A stretch of DNA of 64,000 nucleotides from an uncultured delta proteobacterium (GCA_963785235.1 CAWAUM010000011.1:233724-297723), one strand, 5' to 3'. Shown: positions 31,268 through 41,822, counted from the stretch's first letter. The notes: generated by a model not told the origin, from the letters alone. Made by a program: numbers and translations.

Positions 31268-31714
31268 ATGATAACCCGCAAGAAGGCATTTGCAGAAGAT
31301 CTCCTGCTCCTTCAGGACAGGATGAACAGGGTTTTTGAGGAGAGTCTGAGGGAAACCGGTATTTCCCGGAATCCAGGACAGTGGATTCCCTACGTGGATA
31401 TGTTTGAGGATGATGTATCGCTTATACTCAAGGTCGAGCTTCCTGGTGTGAGGCGCGAGGATATTGGACTCGATATTACTGAGGGTATTCTCACCATCAG
31501 CGGCAAGAAGCCCTTTGAGCACGAGGAAACCTCTGAGAGTTTTCATGTCATGGAGCGGCAATACGGGCTTTTCAAGAGATCTTTCACCTTGCCCGGGTCG
31601 GTGGATGTTGAGAGCATTGAAGCCGGATATCATGCAGGTGTCCTGGAGGTGGTCCTTCCAAAACCCGCGGACACGAAGTCGAGAAGGATACCCATTATCA
31701 GGCAAGGCGATTAA
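31268..31714 (+). CDS. Hsp20/alpha-crystallin family small heat-shock protein
   Basis: 148 aa. The alpha-crystallin domain is KVELPGVRREDIGLDITEGILTISGKK...GVLEVVLPK. It starts 18 nt downstream of rpoH. Confidence 0.85.
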   Translation: MITRKKAFAEDLLLLQDRMNRVFEESLRETGISRNPGQWIPYVDMFEDDVSLILKVELPGVRREDIGLDITEGILTISGKKPFEHEETSESFHVMERQYGLFKRSFTLPGSVDVESIEAGYHAGVLEVVLPKPADTKSRRIPIIRQGD

Positions 31715-32240
31715 AGATCGCAAGGTTCAGGGTATTCATCGCACTCTTTTTCGATATGATATCAACTAACTTAAAGGGATGGGGGAGTTCAGGCGTACTG
31801 AGGGTGAAAAGGTAATAAAGCCTCCCTCCCGGCATGAGGAGCTTCAAACAGACATCTTCCAAGGTGCTCAGTGGTGAAAATGACCTTGCGAGTACGGCAT
31901 CGAATTGCCCGACTTCATCATGGAAAGGGTCATGTGGGAGGATTTCCACATCAGATAGGTTAAGCAATTCGATTGTATGCTGCAAGAAGGTGCATTTTTT
32001 GACGCTCCGCTCAATCAGGCAGATATGCGAGTCAGGATGGAGGATTTTGTAAGGGATTGCAGGCAATCCTGATCCTGAGCCAAGATCGGCAAGAACAGGC
32101 TCTTCTATTTGCATTAGCAGGGGCAGCATTACTTCAAGCTCATCTTCAATACCTGTAAGCATAGAAGGCCCCATCAGGTGGAGCTTGCCGTTATAACGCC
32201 TCAGCTCCCGGATCCATGTTTTTAGCCTCTCGTCCATCAT
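31698..32240 (-). CDS. rsmG: 16S rRNA (guanine527-N7)-methyltransferase RsmG (GidB)
   Basis: 180 aa. The SAM-binding motif is LADLGSGSGLPAIP. It is the last gene of the mnmE-rsmG block. Confidence 0.85.
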   Translation of the reverse strand: MMDERLKTWIRELRRYNGKLHLMGPSMLTGIEDELEVMLPLLMQIEEPVLADLGSGSGLPAIPYKILHPDSHICLIERSVKKCTFLQHTIELLNLSDVEILPHDPFHDEVGQFDAVLARSFSPLSTLEDVCLKLLMPGGRLYYLFTLSTPELPHPFKLVDIISKKSAMNTLNLAIFNRLA

Positions 32241-33560
32241 TTTCCGACGCAGAAACGGGAGAATATCCGCTCAAGGATGTCCTCATCAGCGGTCTCGCCG
32301 GTCATTTGTCTGAGATGATCCATTGCATGCTTCAGATCAATAGTGAGTACGTCTGCGGTGAATCCTTCTAGGGTGGCCTTCAGGCAGGAGTTAAGGCTGT
32401 CAAGGGTCTTGCCAAGGAGGTATGTGTGCCTGTCCAGGAACACCAGCGGCTGGTCGTGTGGAAATGCCCGCCTCATGGCGGTTAATAACTCGTCAATGCC
32501 AAGAGCATATTTGGCCGAGATGCCAACCGTATCATACCCCGGGGCATCATTGACCTCTCCTTCAACCAGGTCCTTCTTATTCATTACCACAATAGTCTTT
32601 TCCGCCAGGTCCAGCCACTGTCTCTCATGGGATTTGATCCCCTCCCGGGCATCCACTACATAAAGGACAAGGTTGGATGCCTTCAAGGTCTCAATGGTCT
32701 TTTCCACCCCGATCCGCTCAGGTCCTGATGCAGTTTCCCTGATTCCGGCGGTGTCGTGGAATACAAAGTCCATACCGCCCAGGTACAAATGCTCCCTCAG
32801 GACATCCCGGGTCGTTCCTTCCTCATGGTGTACAATGGCCCTGTTATACCCTAAGATAGCGTTGAAGAGCGATGACTTGCCCACATTGGGCAGTCCTGCA
32901 ATGGTTGTAACAATACCTTCATATATCCCTTTGGCCTCTGTAGCGTCTTTGAGAAGCCCGGAGATTTGTGAAGTGATGTGGGTAAGCGTTTCGAGGAGTG
33001 TTTCTTGCCCGATGGGTTCATCCTCAATGATAAAGGATGCTTCAATATCGGCTAGTATCACCATGATAACTTCGATCATAGACTTGACCCTGCCTGAAAG
33101 CTCACCTTTCAGGAGTGCATGTGCCATCTCGCAGCCTATTGGACTTGAAGAGCCGATGAGTGCGCCAACGGCCTCGGCCTGGACCAGGTCCATCTTGTGG
33201 TTTAAAAAGGCCCTCCTGGTGAATTCTCCCTTGTGTGCCAGGCGTGCTAGGCCGGTGGATGAGATTGCTCCCATAATACGCTCCACCACCAGCGGGTTGC
33301 CGTGGCAGCTTATTTCGGCCAGGTCTTCTCCGGTATATGAGTCAGGGCCGGGGTGGAACACGAGCATAGTCTGGTCTATGATAGCGCCCTTGCTATCTTT
33401 AATGAGTTCGAGGAACTGAGTGTGGGGTGAGAGTTTATGGTTTGAGCTGATCCTTGAAATAATATCAAGCGTATGCACTCCGCTCATGCGGATAATGCTG
33501 ATAGCGCCGTGACCTCTCGGGGTCGACTCGGCATAGATGGTGTCTTTTACCGTCTCGATG
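32237..33560 (-). CDS. mnmE: tRNA modification GTPase MnmE (TrmE); start codon uncertain
   Basis: The G-domain is GLPNVGKSSLFNAILG, DTAGIRE. The C-terminus ends CVGK. The conserved N-terminus KDTIYAESTPRGHGAISIIRMSG lies in frame upstream of the track ORF start (33487) and overlaps the jag stop. The open frame has no ATG, GTG or TTG upstream. Confidence 0.85.
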
Positions 33561-34284
33561 CCTTCCTCGGCACAATGATCACTTTTTTATAAATACCTTC
33601 GCCAATACTCTTGGTATTAAGCCCGTTCTCATTCTTGAGGGCAAGATGAATGATCCTGCGGTCATAAGGATTCATCTTTTCCAGAGAGATGGCCTGGCCG
33701 GTGCGCTTGGCCTTTTGCCCCATCTTCAACGCCATGGACTTGAGATAGCTCACATGCCTTTGTCGGTACCCTTCCGTGTCCAGGGTTATAAACACCGGTT
33801 CGGACCTCGATTTGTTGATGATCCGGTTGAGGATAAACTGTAAAGAATCCAGTGTCTGTCCTCGTTTGCCGATTATCAGACCGGAACCGTCACCCATGAT
33901 CTCAAGGAGACCTTCTTCACGGACCTTTACCTCTCCGGGCATGTTCAGCAGCCTTAAGAGGTCGCTGACAACCCCTTGTGCCTCTAGAAGCATTTCCGGC
34001 GTTGGTGCCTGGGATTCGCTGGGAGGCTCCGGTTTAGGTTCTGCAGAAGGGGCCGGGGTTGTCTTAATTACTTCTGCTTTGATTCTATCGGGTTTTAAGA
34101 CGGCCTTTTCATGCCTGACCAGTATCTTTGCAGTTTTGTTACCAATGATTCCGAACAGACCCTTGGAGCCCTCGGAAACGACCTTGACCTCGAGGTCGTC
34201 AAAATCAGCATGCAAGGTCTTCATGGCAAGGATGACTGCCTCGTCTACGGTCTTGGCTTCAAATTCTCGGAAATCCTCTTCCAT
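33548..34284 (-). CDS. jag: Jag/KhpB RNA-binding protein (Jag_N, KH, R3H)
   Basis: 245 aa. The KH GxxG is IGKRGQTLDSLQ, and an R3H domain sits at the C-terminus. It occupies the yidC-jag-mnmE position. Confidence 0.8.
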
Positions 34285-34293
34285 TCTTCTCTC

Positions 34294-35887
34294 CTATGCG
34301 GTTTTCCTGTTTATGTAAGCCTGCTGGGCAATTGAGAGGATATTGCTCACGAGCCAGTATATGACCAGACCGGAGGGGAAGCTCAGGAACATGAAGGTAA
34401 AGACAACCGGCATGAAAAGCATGATCTTCTGCTGCATGGGATCACCCGTGGTAGGCGTCATTTTCTGCATGATAAACTGGCTCGCCCCCATGAGGATGGG
34501 AGTGATGTAGTAGGGATCGCTGGCTGAAAGATCCGGGAGCCAGGTGCCGAACATATGGAACGGGGTGTGTCTGAGCTCAATGGCCTGGTAGAACACCTTG
34601 TAGAGGGCAAAGAGAATGGGGATCTGCAGGAGCATGGGCAGGCAACCACCCATGGGGTTGATCTTGTGCTCCTTGTAGAGCCGCATGAGCTCCTGGTTCA
34701 TCTTCTGTTTGTCGTCCTTGTACTGCTGCTGGACCTCCTTCATGAGCGGCTGGATCTTCTGGAGCTCCTTCATGGAGGTGAAGCTCTTGAGGGTCAGAGG
34801 ATAGAGAAGGAACTTGATGATGATGGTCAGGATGATGATAGTCCACCCGTAGCTGCCCACGTATTTGTAAATCCAGTTCATGGACATGAGCAGCGGTTTG
34901 GCGATGATGTCGAAGAATCCGAAATCCAGGGCCTTGTTCAGCTTGTATCCCACAGCCTCCAGGGGTTTCAGCTCTTTGGGGCCTAAGAAGATGATATTGT
35001 CCTTGATCAGTGATGAACCGGCTGCAATAGTGGCTGGGGCAAAGGTGTAGTTGAGCTCCACAGTCTTGTCGCTGGTACGTTTTATGATGAGAGTGGTACT
35101 CGAAGGTGTCTTGGGAATGATGGTCTGGAGAAAGTACTTATCCTCAAACCCGAACCACTGGATCTCTCCGGTGAAATCCCTATAACTCCCGATATTCTTA
35201 ACCTTGTCGATCTTGAATTCTTCAAGGTGCTTGCCGTTCAGCAGAACAGGGCCTTCAAAGGCGTACCCGCTGCTCTTTTCATCAATCTTATAGGTATGGT
35301 TAAACACGATCCCGCCGGATACGGACATGGGTGAGGCGGTATGATTTTCAATAATAGCCTGGTATCCTATCTGATAGGTTTTGGGGTCTATGGTGAATAC
35401 TTTTTTCAGGGTGATGGCGGGCGATGCCTGGCTTCGGAATTCAATGACCTGTGGTATGTCGGCAAGTGTCACGGGACCCTGCTGGGATGATTCATAAACA
35501 AGGCCGACATCTGTGAACCCACCGGAAAGAACAAGGTTAGGCATTGGGGCTTTGATGATCTCAACCGGCTTTGCGTCCTTGTCCATGGAGGTAAGGTATT
35601 TCTTCAATTTTAAAGAGGTGATCTGGGCACCTTTCGTGCTGAAGGTGGCAGTATACAAGGGGGTATCTATGATGACATCGTTACCAGCAATACTGAGAGT
35701 TTGCGGGGCTGTGGTCGGGGCGACATCGATGGGTTGTACCTCCTGAGTCGGCTGGCTTGGCGCTGCAACAATGGGCTGCCGGCTTCGGCTCAGGTGCGGT
35801 TTTTATCTTTGTCTGGTCAAAAAGCAAGCCCCAGCCGAACAGAATGGCCATTGATAAAATGATGGCAAGCAGAGTCCTTTTTTCCAT
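34294..35887 (-). CDS. yidC: Membrane protein insertase YidC (apparent frameshift near 35660-35700)
   Basis: The conserved C-terminal 5-TM core is YPLTLKSFTSMKELQKIQPLMKEVQQQYK...GGCLPMLLQIPILFALY. The N-terminal TM/signal segment is in the separate ORF 35681-35887. Confidence 0.85.
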
Positions 35888-35911
35888 CTCGTCTTCATCT
35901 CCAGATAAGTA

Positions 35912-36121
35912 TTACACAGGGTCGAAGCCGCCTTTGTGAAGCGGGTTGCAGCGAAGCACCCTCCATGCCGCCTTCAGGAGACCTCGCACAGGACCGTACT
36001 TGGCAATGGCCTGGGCTGCATACTCAGAGCAGCTTGGATAAAATCTGCACGAAGGCCTGAGCAGCGGAGAGATAACCTTCTGGTAGAGACGTATCAGTGC
36101 GATGAGTAAGGCTTTTCCCAT
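35912..36121 (-). CDS. yidD: Membrane protein insertion efficiency factor YidD
   Basis: 69 aa. [23 protein letters not shown] is the YidD signature. Confidence 0.85.
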   Translation of the reverse strand: MGKALLIALIRLYQKVISPLLRPSCRFYPSCSEYAAQAIAKYGPVRGLLKAAWRVLRCNPLHKGGFDPV

Positions 36122-36462
36122 GTGTGTGATCCAATGGCCTTTGCTATCTCCTGGGTGAGTTCTTGGTAACCGGTATCCGCCATGCCGTGTTTTGCGATCA
36201 GGATATAATCATGGCCCTGAGGAAACAGATGTTTGTTTCTTCTGTATATCTCTCGCAAGAGCCTTTTTGCCCTGTTTCTAACGACAGCACCCCCGACTTT
36301 TTTGCTCGCAGTTAATCCAATACGAACGTGGGGCAGATCATTTGGAGCAGCGAGGATGACCAGGTGTTTGGTGACCAGTCTCGCAACCTTGTTTTTCTCA
36401 GCCCTTTTGAATTCAATGCGTTTCCTCAGCCGTTCAGCCTGGGGGAATTTCTCGTCCGGCAT
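36094..36462 (-). CDS. rnpA: Ribonuclease P protein component RnpA
   Basis: 122 aa. It has the basic RNR motif region ([12 protein letters not shown]) and sits between rpmH and yidD. Confidence 0.85.
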   Translation of the reverse strand: MPDEKFPQAERLRKRIEFKRAEKNKVARLVTKHLVILAAPNDLPHVRIGLTASKKVGGAVVRNRAKRLLREIYRRNKHLFPQGHDYILIAKHGMADTGYQELTQEIAKAIGSHTWEKPYSSH

Positions 36463-36596
36463 CAGACCGACAGACGTTTCCGTCCCTTGGCCCTCCTCCG
36501 GTTGATGACGAGCCTTCCACCCTTGGTGCGCATACGAATCAGGAATCCGTGCGTACGTTTCCGCCTGGTATTGTGCGGTTGAAATGTGCGCTTCAT
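36462..36596 (-). CDS. rpmH: 50S ribosomal protein L34
   Basis: This is a manual translation. The minus strand reads [44 protein letters not shown]. Its stop overlaps the rnpA ATG. It is too short for the ORF track. Confidence 0.85.
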   Translation of the reverse strand: MKRTFQPHNTRRKRTHGFLIRMRTKGGRLVINRRRAKGRKRLSV

Positions 36597-36676
36597 GAAT
36601 TACCTCAATTTCTTATAGTTTTGAGCGGTAAGTATTTACATGCAGGGTAGGCCATTGTCAAGCAACAAAAGGCACT

Positions 36677-37393
36677 ATGGCTTCTCCTTGTCAGACACTG
36701 GCCTTGTACGCTATAGCTCACATCATGCAAAGGGTATTCTGCAAACGCGAGGTGACCCATGGTCTGGACAGGGGTCCTGATGCCGTATCCGCAAGGCTCG
36801 CTGAGCTCCTGCCGGGCAGCCGTATTGTCTGCCTGGCGCAGATTCATTCGGACAGGATCGTAAGGGCCGAGGATATCCCCCCCGGGGTGTTCCCGGAGGC
36901 GGACGGGGTCATTTCTCTGGACCCGTCCCTGGTGCTGTGCATCCGCACTGCCGACTGCGTACCGCTGCTCATGTGGGCGGAAAATACGCCAATAATCGCA
37001 GCGGTTCATGCCGGATGGAAAGGACTCGCGAAGAAGATTGTCTCCAAAACAATCGATCTCATGCGCGCACTAGGCGCGCATGAGATCCATGTAAGCATGG
37101 GGCCATCCATCGGGCCATGCTGCTATGCCGTGGGGACAGAGGTCATTGAGGCACTTCAGACCGGGCCTGACCGACACTTTGGTGGAAGGCTTTATGTGGA
37201 TCTGCACCGCATCTCGGCGCTGCAGGCCAAAAACGCCGGCGTATCGCCTGATATGATCCATCAGGTGCAGGCCTGCACCTACTGCAACAGTGACTCGTTT
37301 TTTTCCTACCGGAGAGAAGGGGAGCATACCGGCAGGAACATATCGCTCATCGGAGGACTCTCATGCTCGTTGCCGGGCTTACAGGCTCTATAG
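36677..37393 (+). CDS. pgeF: YfiH/PgeF family protein (purine nucleoside phosphorylase / peptidoglycan editing factor, DUF152)
   Basis: 238 aa. It has the conserved HS..I, TADCVPLL, HAGWKG and CCY motifs. Confidence 0.8.
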   Translation: MASPCQTLALYAIAHIMQRVFCKREVTHGLDRGPDAVSARLAELLPGSRIVCLAQIHSDRIVRAEDIPPGVFPEADGVISLDPSLVLCIRTADCVPLLMWAENTPIIAAVHAGWKGLAKKIVSKTIDLMRALGAHEIHVSMGPSIGPCCYAVGTEVIEALQTGPDRHFGGRLYVDLHRISALQAKNAGVSPDMIHQVQACTYCNSDSFFSYRREGEHTGRNISLIGGLSCSLPGLQAL

Positions 37394-37980
37394 CCACCGG
37401 GAAATCCACGGTTTCGGGTATCCTGAAGGAACTTGGTGCATTCATCGTGGATGCAGACCGTGCAGCCCATGAGGTAGTTCTTCCGGGTACGAAGGCATGG
37501 AACGAGATAGTTCGGATCTTCGGTAAGAAAATATTGCAGAAATCCGGCGAGATAGATCGGGAACACTTGGGTCGTATCATATTCAACGATTCAGCCATGC
37601 GAAGCATCCTCGAGGAGGTCGTCCACCCCGAGGTTATGCACTCCATGGACGAGCAGATCAGATCCATCACGTCGGGTTTCCCCGATGCAGTAGTGATCCT
37701 TGACGTGCCGCTGCTCATTGAGACGGGCATGCATAAAGGGGTAAGCGAGGTCATCGTGGTATATTGCCCTGAAGACATGCAGATAACGCGGCTCATGATC
37801 AGGGACAATATCAGCAGGGAAGAGGCTCTCACAAAAGTCCGCGCCCAGATATCCATTGAGGAGAAGAGGAACTATGCCTCCTTGCTCATCGACAACAGCG
37901 CTTCAAGGGACAATACCAGGAAGCAGGTGAAGAACACCTATAATCGTATCAAAGAAAAGGCAGGAGATGCTCAAGGGTAA
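37363..37980 (+). CDS. coaE: Dephospho-CoA kinase
   Basis: 205 aa. The N-terminal P-loop is GLTGSIATGKST. It overlaps the pgeF end. Confidence 0.85.
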   Translation: MLVAGLTGSIATGKSTVSGILKELGAFIVDADRAAHEVVLPGTKAWNEIVRIFGKKILQKSGEIDREHLGRIIFNDSAMRSILEEVVHPEVMHSMDEQIRSITSGFPDAVVILDVPLLIETGMHKGVSEVIVVYCPEDMQITRLMIRDNISREEALTKVRAQISIEEKRNYASLLIDNSASRDNTRKQVKNTYNRIKEKAGDAQG

Positions 37981-38003
37981 AGGAAGCAATCGGGGCATGC
38001 CCT

Positions 38004-38906
38004 TTATCGCTTGATGGGCTGTTTGGCAGGGGGGGCTACGGTCTTTTTTATTACGATCGGAGGTTTTTCCGACAATCCGGCATCCAGGAGTTCTTTGTCA
38101 AGATCCGACAATTCATCTCCTTCCATGGCTTCGGCCACTGGCTCATCAGTATCCTCTGGGGTTATCCCCAGTGCTGCCATCTCTTTGCCGATGAGCGCTT
38201 GAAAACTCTTGGCGTCCCTGAAATGAGGGTTTATCTCAAGGGCTTTTTTCAGCCATACCAGGGCATTATTCCATTCCTTTATGTCATAATAGATCCGCGC
38301 GATATTGAAATAGAGGTGCTCGTCCTGGGGTGAGATGGTAATTGCCTTCTGATAGTTTGCCAGGGCCTCTTCCAGCATATTGGCCTTTCTCAGTTCTATT
38401 CCGAATTCATTGAAGATATGTTTGTTATCTTCTTCAAAGATGGCCTCGACCTCGGAGAGCTTTCTGAACACGTCCTTTGCTTTTGCGGTATCACCCATCT
38501 CCATGTACAGGGTCCCTATACCGAAGTTGGCCCTGATGCTTTCGGGGTCTATCTTCAATGCATTGGTATACTCGAACTCAGCCGAAAAGAGCTCGCCCCG
38601 TGCCCTTTGTTTTTCAGCCACGGCCACATGCCGGTCGTGCTCAGCCTCATTTTTTGTCTTTACCCGGTAGTTGGGGTCAAAGGTATATCGTTTCAGGAAC
38701 TCGTCATAGGCGATTTCTATGACAATGCCGGTGGGTTTTCCTTCGTTGCCCAGGAAGCTTAGTTTGACCTTTTCACTATCAATCTGTTCGGCCTGGCAAT
38801 AGTTCTTCATCTTCTGGTTCTTCTGAGTATGACCGGTCCCCAGGGTAATGGTGGATTCTTCGAAAAAAACTCCTTGAATTTTCTTGACGTATTTTGTTTG
38901 GTCCAT
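38004..38906 (-). CDS. TPR-repeat protein (hypothetical)
   Basis: 300 aa with TPR-like repeats (YEMGDTAKAKDVF..., ALANYQKAITISPQD..., ARIYYDIKEWNNALVWLKKALEINP) and an acidic C-terminus. Confidence 0.5.
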   Translation of the reverse strand: MDQTKYVKKIQGVFFEESTITLGTGHTQKNQKMKNYCQAEQIDSEKVKLSFLGNEGKPTGIVIEIAYDEFLKRYTFDPNYRVKTKNEAEHDRHVAVAEKQRARGELFSAEFEYTNALKIDPESIRANFGIGTLYMEMGDTAKAKDVFRKLSEVEAIFEEDNKHIFNEFGIELRKANMLEEALANYQKAITISPQDEHLYFNIARIYYDIKEWNNALVWLKKALEINPHFRDAKSFQALIGKEMAALGITPEDTDEPVAEAMEGDELSDLDKELLDAGLSEKPPIVIKKTVAPPAKQPIKR

Positions 38907-39029
38907 ATTTTTTTATTATCGGTTCTTCATGCACAGAAGTTTACATAATATCATGACCAGAACCGGAGGTTGACGCATGAGCATGTAATATGGCAACCCT
39001 ATGAAGTATCACGTACATGGTAAGGGGGT

Positions 39030-39839
39030 GTGATGAAACCGATCGGCTTTATCGGCGCAGGGAATATGGCAGAGGCGATTATCTCAGGATTGATAAAGAA
39101 AGGCCTGATAAACCCCCAAGAAATCAAAGTATTCGACATCAAGCCGGAACGTATGGATCATTTGTGCAGCGTTTTGAGCATAGAATGTGCCGCATCCATG
39201 CAGGAGCTTGTCCGCTCGCGGGATATTGTAATACTCGCAACCAAGCCCGACCAGATATCGACCCTGCTGCAAGGCATTAAGGGATCTCTCGCCGGGAAGC
39301 TCATCATAAGCATAGCAGCCGGCGTAACATTGAAAAGCATGCTTGATGTACTAGGGCCACAGGCCAGGATAGTGAGGGTGATGCCCAACACGCCGGCCCT
39401 GGTGCTCGAAGGTGCCACAGTACTTGCGGCTTCATCATCATGCACAGAACAGGATAAAGAGATTGCAAAGGAGATCTTCTTTGCTGTGGGCATATGCCTT
39501 GAGATGGATGAGAAATTCATCAATGCGGTCACGGCCCTTTCAGGTTCGGGCCCGGCCTTCTGCTTCCTGTTCCTGGAGGCGATGTGCGATGGGGCGGTAA
39601 AGGCCGGTCTGCCGAGGGATGTAGCCCTACGGCTTGCAGCCGCAACCATGAAGGGGGCTGGTGCAATGGTCCTCGAACTCGGGAAGCACCCGGGCCAGCT
39701 CAAGGACATGGTAACCTCTCCTTCCGGCACAACCATTGAGGGGATATCCGTTCTTGAGTCAAAGGGTTTTCGCTCAGCCGTTATAGAGGCAATAACCGCA
39801 GCCTATAAGAGGGCAGAGATCATGTCGGGGAAGGGTTGA
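39030..39839 (+). CDS. proC: Pyrroline-5-carboxylate reductase
   Basis: 269 aa. The Rossmann N-terminus is IGFIGAGNMAEAIISG, and a ProC dimerisation domain sits at the C-terminus. Confidence 0.85.
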   Translation: MMKPIGFIGAGNMAEAIISGLIKKGLINPQEIKVFDIKPERMDHLCSVLSIECAASMQELVRSRDIVILATKPDQISTLLQGIKGSLAGKLIISIAAGVTLKSMLDVLGPQARIVRVMPNTPALVLEGATVLAASSSCTEQDKEIAKEIFFAVGICLEMDEKFINAVTALSGSGPAFCFLFLEAMCDGAVKAGLPRDVALRLAAATMKGAGAMVLELGKHPGQLKDMVTSPSGTTIEGISVLESKGFRSAVIEAITAAYKRAEIMSGKG

Positions 39840-39901
39840 TACCTTAAGACTCCTACCATGCTCTAAATCTCGGCTTGTAAATCTCGGCTTGAAAAACCTG
39901 T

Positions 39902-39950
39902 CCTCTACAGAATGATCATCTCGCCATGCGAGATGATCATTCTGTAGAGG
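39902..39950. terminator. 49-bp perfect palindrome (23-bp stem, 3-nt loop) between convergent proC and LOG genes; candidate bidirectional terminator or REP-like element
   Basis: The sequence is cctctacagaatgatcatctcgc-cat-gcgagatgatcattctgtagagg. It is preceded by the direct repeat aaatctcggcttg x2 (39866-39891). Confidence 0.6.
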
Positions 39951-39998
39951 CTAAATAAAGCTTACTTGCAGCAGACAACAGGGTATCTAAGGTTATTA

Positions 39999-40652
39999 TT
40001 AATACACCTTTGAATTCTTGATGATCTCCACGGCGTCTCTCGGCGAGTCCACCAGTGTATAGATGGACCTGTCTTCAGGCAGTATCATGCCGTCTTCCAG
40101 CATGGTGTCCTCGATCCATTCAAGCAGGCCGGCCCAGTACTGTGAACCTATCATGATCACCGGGAAGGGCTTGAGCTTGTCGGTCTGGATCAGGGTGAGG
40201 GCCTCGAAGAGTTCGTCCATGGTTCCGAATCCGCCGGGGAAAATGACATAGCTCATGGCATACTTGACAAACATGACCTTGCGCACGAAGAAGTAACGGA
40301 AATTGATGTGTATGGTGGTATAGGGGTTGGACTTCTGTTCAAAGGGCAGAACGATATTCAGCCCCACTGACTGTCCTCCTGCCTCATGGGCCCCTTTGTT
40401 TGCCGCCTCCATGATGCCCGGGCCGCCACCTGTTATTACCGAGAATCCTTCATTGGCCAGCATCCGTCCCAACTCTTCGGCCATGTTATAATACTTGTCT
40501 CCTGGTTTTGACCTGGCAGAGCCGAAGATTGTTACTGCCGGCTCCAGGGGGGACAATTGCTCGATGCCGTCAACGAACTCGGCCATGACCCTGAAGACCC
40601 TCCACGATTCCTGTGGTTTGATCTGGTCGATGATATATTTCTCGCTCTTCAT
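39999..40652 (-). CDS. LOG family protein (cytokinin riboside 5'-monophosphate phosphoribohydrolase-like, TIGR00730)
   Basis: 217 aa with the GGGPGIMEAANKGA and PGGFGTMDELFE motifs. Confidence 0.8.
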   Translation of the reverse strand: MKSEKYIIDQIKPQESWRVFRVMAEFVDGIEQLSPLEPAVTIFGSARSKPGDKYYNMAEELGRMLANEGFSVITGGGPGIMEAANKGAHEAGGQSVGLNIVLPFEQKSNPYTTIHINFRYFFVRKVMFVKYAMSYVIFPGGFGTMDELFEALTLIQTDKLKPFPVIMIGSQYWAGLLEWIEDTMLEDGMILPEDRSIYTLVDSPRDAVEIIKNSKVY

Positions 40653-40722
40653 GGAAGCTCTCCTTAAAGAAACTCACAATCAATTGCCTTATCGGCATTG
40701 AGAGTGGTAGGATTTATCAGTC

Positions 40723-41583
40723 GTGTACGACCTCCACATCCATACATCACATTCTTCAGACGGGCAATACGGGCCTGGCGAAATCCTGCGTATGGCTAAG
40801 GCCTGCAATCTGAAAGGCCTGGCCTTTACCGATCATATGGACACCTCTGCCGTGGCTGAAGGTATACGCCTGGCCCCTGCATACGGACTGAACTTTATTT
40901 CCGGTGTGGAGCTCTCAACCGTACTCCATGACCGGGAATATCACCTCCTGCTCTATGGGTTCCACCCGGATAATAGGATAATAAAAGCCTTTCTTGATCA
41001 GCACTGCCGGGCCATCTGGGATAAGGCCCTTGAGGTACTCAATGTATTCAATCAGATGGGTTTTGATATCAGGAAGGACGATATCCCGTCATGGGGCCTC
41101 TCGGTGCCCACCGGGGTTACCTTTCTCAATGCGCTGATCAAGAGGAACCAAGGGGACAAGAGGCTTCAGGAATACCTCTGTGGGCACAAGGCGTCCTCTC
41201 CATATCTGAACTTCTATAAGGATTATGCCCTGACTGATATCGGAACCATGGTACGCTCCGCCTTGCCGGATCTCATAGAGACCATGCGGCTGCTTAAGGA
41301 CTCCGGCGTGTTCATCCTCGCCCATCCCGGCAATACAAGCAATACTATTTTGAAGGAATTGAAGGGTGAAGGTCTTTGCGGGATCGAGGTCTACAGCACT
41401 CATCACACAGCCCGGATAATGGAGCATCTAGTGGAAGAGGCCAGGTCGCTGAATCTTATGGTAAGTTCGGGATCCGATTTCCACGGAGAGTTTATCAAAC
41501 CGGGCATCGGTCTTGGTGATTCATCCGGGGAGCCTGATGATCAGCTCATCACTATGATTTTAGGCATGACCGCAAGAGGATAA
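40723..41583 (+). CDS. PHP domain phosphoesterase
   Basis: 286 aa. MYDLHIHTSHSSDG...FTDHMD carries the PHP metal-binding His motifs. Confidence 0.7.
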   Translation: MYDLHIHTSHSSDGQYGPGEILRMAKACNLKGLAFTDHMDTSAVAEGIRLAPAYGLNFISGVELSTVLHDREYHLLLYGFHPDNRIIKAFLDQHCRAIWDKALEVLNVFNQMGFDIRKDDIPSWGLSVPTGVTFLNALIKRNQGDKRLQEYLCGHKASSPYLNFYKDYALTDIGTMVRSALPDLIETMRLLKDSGVFILAHPGNTSNTILKELKGEGLCGIEVYSTHHTARIMEHLVEEARSLNLMVSSGSDFHGEFIKPGIGLGDSSGEPDDQLITMILGMTARG

Positions 41584-41654
41584 TGAATAGGACCGCTTAT
41601 GCAATTCTGATGGTCTTAAGCAGAGTACTCATAGTGAACATGGAATTGTCTTTT

Positions 41655-41756
41655 CATAGGTCCGTTCAAAACCTGCATCTTGCAGCTTTGAAGGTCCGAC
41701 AGAATAAGCATAGAGAAAAGGCTGCAAGATGCAGGTTTTGAACGGATAAGGTTTTT
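41655..41756. repeat. Palindromic repeat element copy 3 (same conserved termini, enlarged loop of about 37 nt), between convergent PHP gene and secretin gene
   Basis: The sequence is CCGTTcaaaacctgcatcttgcagc...gctgcaagatgcaggttttgAACGGataaggttttt. Confidence 0.75.
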
Positions 41757-41822
41757 ACACCTCGTAACCGCAAAATCTGTCTTAAAGGCCTTGGAATGGT
41801 CGCAGCCATTCCCTACCATTCC

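Noticed and set aside
32673-33419. 248-aa + strand ORF inside mnmE
   Set aside because: It is antisense to the clear MnmE G-domain coding sequence, has a Ser/Pro-rich low-complexity product and no homology signal.
36616-36637. Possible degenerate half-copy of the palindromic element upstream of rpmH (tagttttgagcggtaagtattt vs gttttgaacgggtaaggtttt)
   Set aside because: Only one arm and flank are present, with several mismatches. It could be chance similarity, so it is not reported as a feature.
37981-38003. GGGCATGCCC 10-bp palindrome between convergent coaE and TPR genes
   Set aside because: It is too short, has no loop and has no flanking T-run, so it is not a convincing terminator. It could simply be an SphI-like palindrome.
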